Source of the DNA: Cenococcum geophilum
Taxonomy: Eukaryota
Assembly: GCA_050273025.1 (NCBI GenBank)
Contig: CP158636.1
Span: forward strand, 12,462,001 to 12,526,000
Length of the DNA: 64,000 bases
Reading direction: 5' to 3'
Notes under the pieces: model-generated
Told to the model about the DNA's origin: nothing
What the model saw: the letters and a program-made list of their open reading frames with translations, nothing else
Database searches by the model: none
Part shown: piece by piece, positions 61,806 to 64,000 of the stretch
Numbering within the stretch: position 1 is the first letter of the stretch
How the letters are laid out: each line of letters opens with the position of its first letter
Program-made: the position numbers and the translations under genes

Positions 61806-64000
61806 ATGACACCCTCACCCCGAAAAGTTGCGCCGGCTTTCGACTCAACATGGCACGAGACCGATGTCATTTTCCTCAACCCAACGTCCCTACCCCTTCC
61901 TAAGATACCCCGCGCTTGGGAAAGAATGCCTAAACTACCGTTTGCACGCGACGGCAAATACAAGAAAGTTTGGCGCAGATACGAGCTCAGGTCACAGCCA
62001 ATGGGTCAGCAATCTAAGCCAAGTTCGAGTGAAGAGGAACAGGAAGGGTCAAAATCGCCTGTGAGGGCTGTGAAGAAGTTGCGCCTGAAGCGAGGAGAGT
62101 CGGGAGAGAGCACTCCTATTTGGGAGGCCAAGAAGCCCGCGTTTACTGCGACGCGCTGGGAGTGGAGGAAAAGCGTTCTACCAAGTATGCAACAAGATAT
62201 CAGGCGCAGATTGTATAGGTGCTAATCATAGGCCTTACAGGGAAAAAGCCATCCCACACAAATGACGACCATGAGGACGTGGAACCAGCCACAGAACGTG
62301 ACCACCAATATGAAACCGGCGGCGCGGAGGACCCCTTGGCGTTAATGTCCGAGCTTATATCAGATGCTGGCGATAGTGATGCTTCTCACGAGTTTCCCAC
62401 GGAGGCTATCGAGGCTCAAATGCCGACTATCGCCGACTTGCACAAAGATGGTGTTGAATCTTGCTCAAGCAATCAAGATTTTTACGAGCATTCGGAAAGC
62501 CCCCAAGAGGAAGCACATTTCTCTGGTTCGATAATTACCAGCGGCTTAGACTCTTTGTCAGCTGAGTCTACATCTCATATCCTTGAAGATCCCCCCATGG
62601 AAGATGAACCTAAATCCGAAGATACGTCTGGGTCTTCCGCAGGTCAAGATGGGAAAGTAACAGAACAAGAGACTAATGCCAAATTTCAATGTCCACCAAT
62701 TCAACTATCTTGTATGGAAAGTGCCGGTTTTCTTATGGCGCATGACACAACAGAGACGGGTTCCATCTCGAAAGAGTATACTCTTAACCAATCAGAGACG
62801 AAGACCGAACAATCTGTGTCAAATATTCCAATGGACGGTGGCAAAGAACTTGAAAAGGCAGTAAGGGAACCCTCAGAAGAATTCACCTATAATATCGAGG
62901 AGGAAAACGTGGAAACGCTCGATTCATCAAGTCTTAACTTCGGATTAGAATCTAAGATAGATGATAATATTGACACAGATGTGTTAGAGGTGAAGGAATT
63001 GGCCCAAGACATTGGTCTTCTCCGGAGCGCTAAGACATCTCAAACAACGTTTGCGCGGAAATCCGATTCTTCAACTGAAGGAAATGATGTTGATGAATTG
63101 ATGTATGCGCCGGACGCGGGCGAGGATGTTGATATGACAGCTTCATCCGAGCAGCTAGCAGCCCCTGTTGACAATATGGAGGAGATTGAGGACCAGGGAA
63201 CTGAAAACGAGGAACAGTCGGAACAGATCTTCCGGGGATCAGAAACGCCCACTACAAAAGAATCACTTGCCAAGGCTGAGATGAACGAGTCAGCTATTGA
63301 ACAGGCGTCTGAACGGGAGCTTGAACCTTCTGCTATGCCTCTCAGCCCCAGGCTAGGAAGCGAGAAGCTTCCGAATAACCCTCAAGACGATACATTACCC
63401 GAAAGCATAGCGGATGGTCTAACACTCGGGTGTTCAACACAGGTAGAAGTAGCCTCCATCTCCAGCATAGAAAACACCACTCGTAAGCTGCGCTCTCCCC
63501 CACCACCACCACTTGAGGCCGCTCAGGAAGACATCACAACTCATCTCGATGATGACACGGCCGTTCTCAAAGATTTCCTCACCCGCGCCGCAGCAAGCAA
63601 AGCTAGTAAAGCCAATAAAGTCACAACAATTGCTCGTCGGACTTCACTGTCACACCGCCGTGACTCCGACGCAGTCCGCCACGCCCTAGCATCTCCTCGC
63701 AAAATCCTCGAAAATAAAGATCCGAATTCTCTATCGCCCCATATGTCCTATGACATAACTGCCACTCTCGATCTCTCTGAATCCCTTACACTTCATCAAT
63801 CTACTAACACGACCTCGGATGATCATGAGCCTACAGACGCCGAAGTGGCGAAAGCTCCTGCAACGTCGTCAAGACGCTCGACACGCTCTCGTAGCTCGCG
63901 TACCCCGCACCCTCCTGCTTCTCATAATCCCCAGCCACAAACTCCCAACCGCATTCCCGTCCGTCGTGCCGATGGCGGTGAGCCAGTAGTCTTACGACGG
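61806..64000 (+). CDS. Hypothetical acidic, largely disordered protein; intron ~62185-62240; runs off window
   Basis: LPLPKIPRAWER, long open frame after intron with DDTAVLKDFLTRAAASK and SPRKILENKDPN; divergent from MRP10. Confidence 0.75.

Overview
Eukaryotic DNA from a filamentous ascomycete (Pezizomycotina; genus cannot be determined from sequence alone), judged from GT-AG introns with CTAAC-type branch points and strong RIP (CpA->TpA) signatures. 1-17.9 kb is a RIP-decayed nest of transposons: Tc1/IS630-like element with a second convergent ORF, a gag-only LINE-like piece, a Copia LTR/gag fragment, a non-canonical Helitron (DUF6570 + Rep) split by a 2.36-kb non-coding TIR element packed with tandem repeats (2-bp TSD), a canonical Helitron helicase tail, and an HMT1-like half-ABC pseudogene split by a solo LTR. 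18-64 kb is gene-rich: mitochondrial RRF, PDR-type ABCG transporter, FWD-1-like F-box/WD40, CDC24, NRAMP/SMF, a single-pass membrane protein, MRP10 and a hypothetical gene. Interspersed are two fungal NLR immune genes (SesB-like hydrolase-NB-ARC-TPR, RIP-inactivated; patatin-NB-ARC-TPR, damaged only at its 3' end), a piggyBac relic, three MITEs, a full-length Tad1-like LINE with TSD, and two decayed enzyme genes. All calls come from hand translation and motif recognition; ends of RIP relics are approximate.
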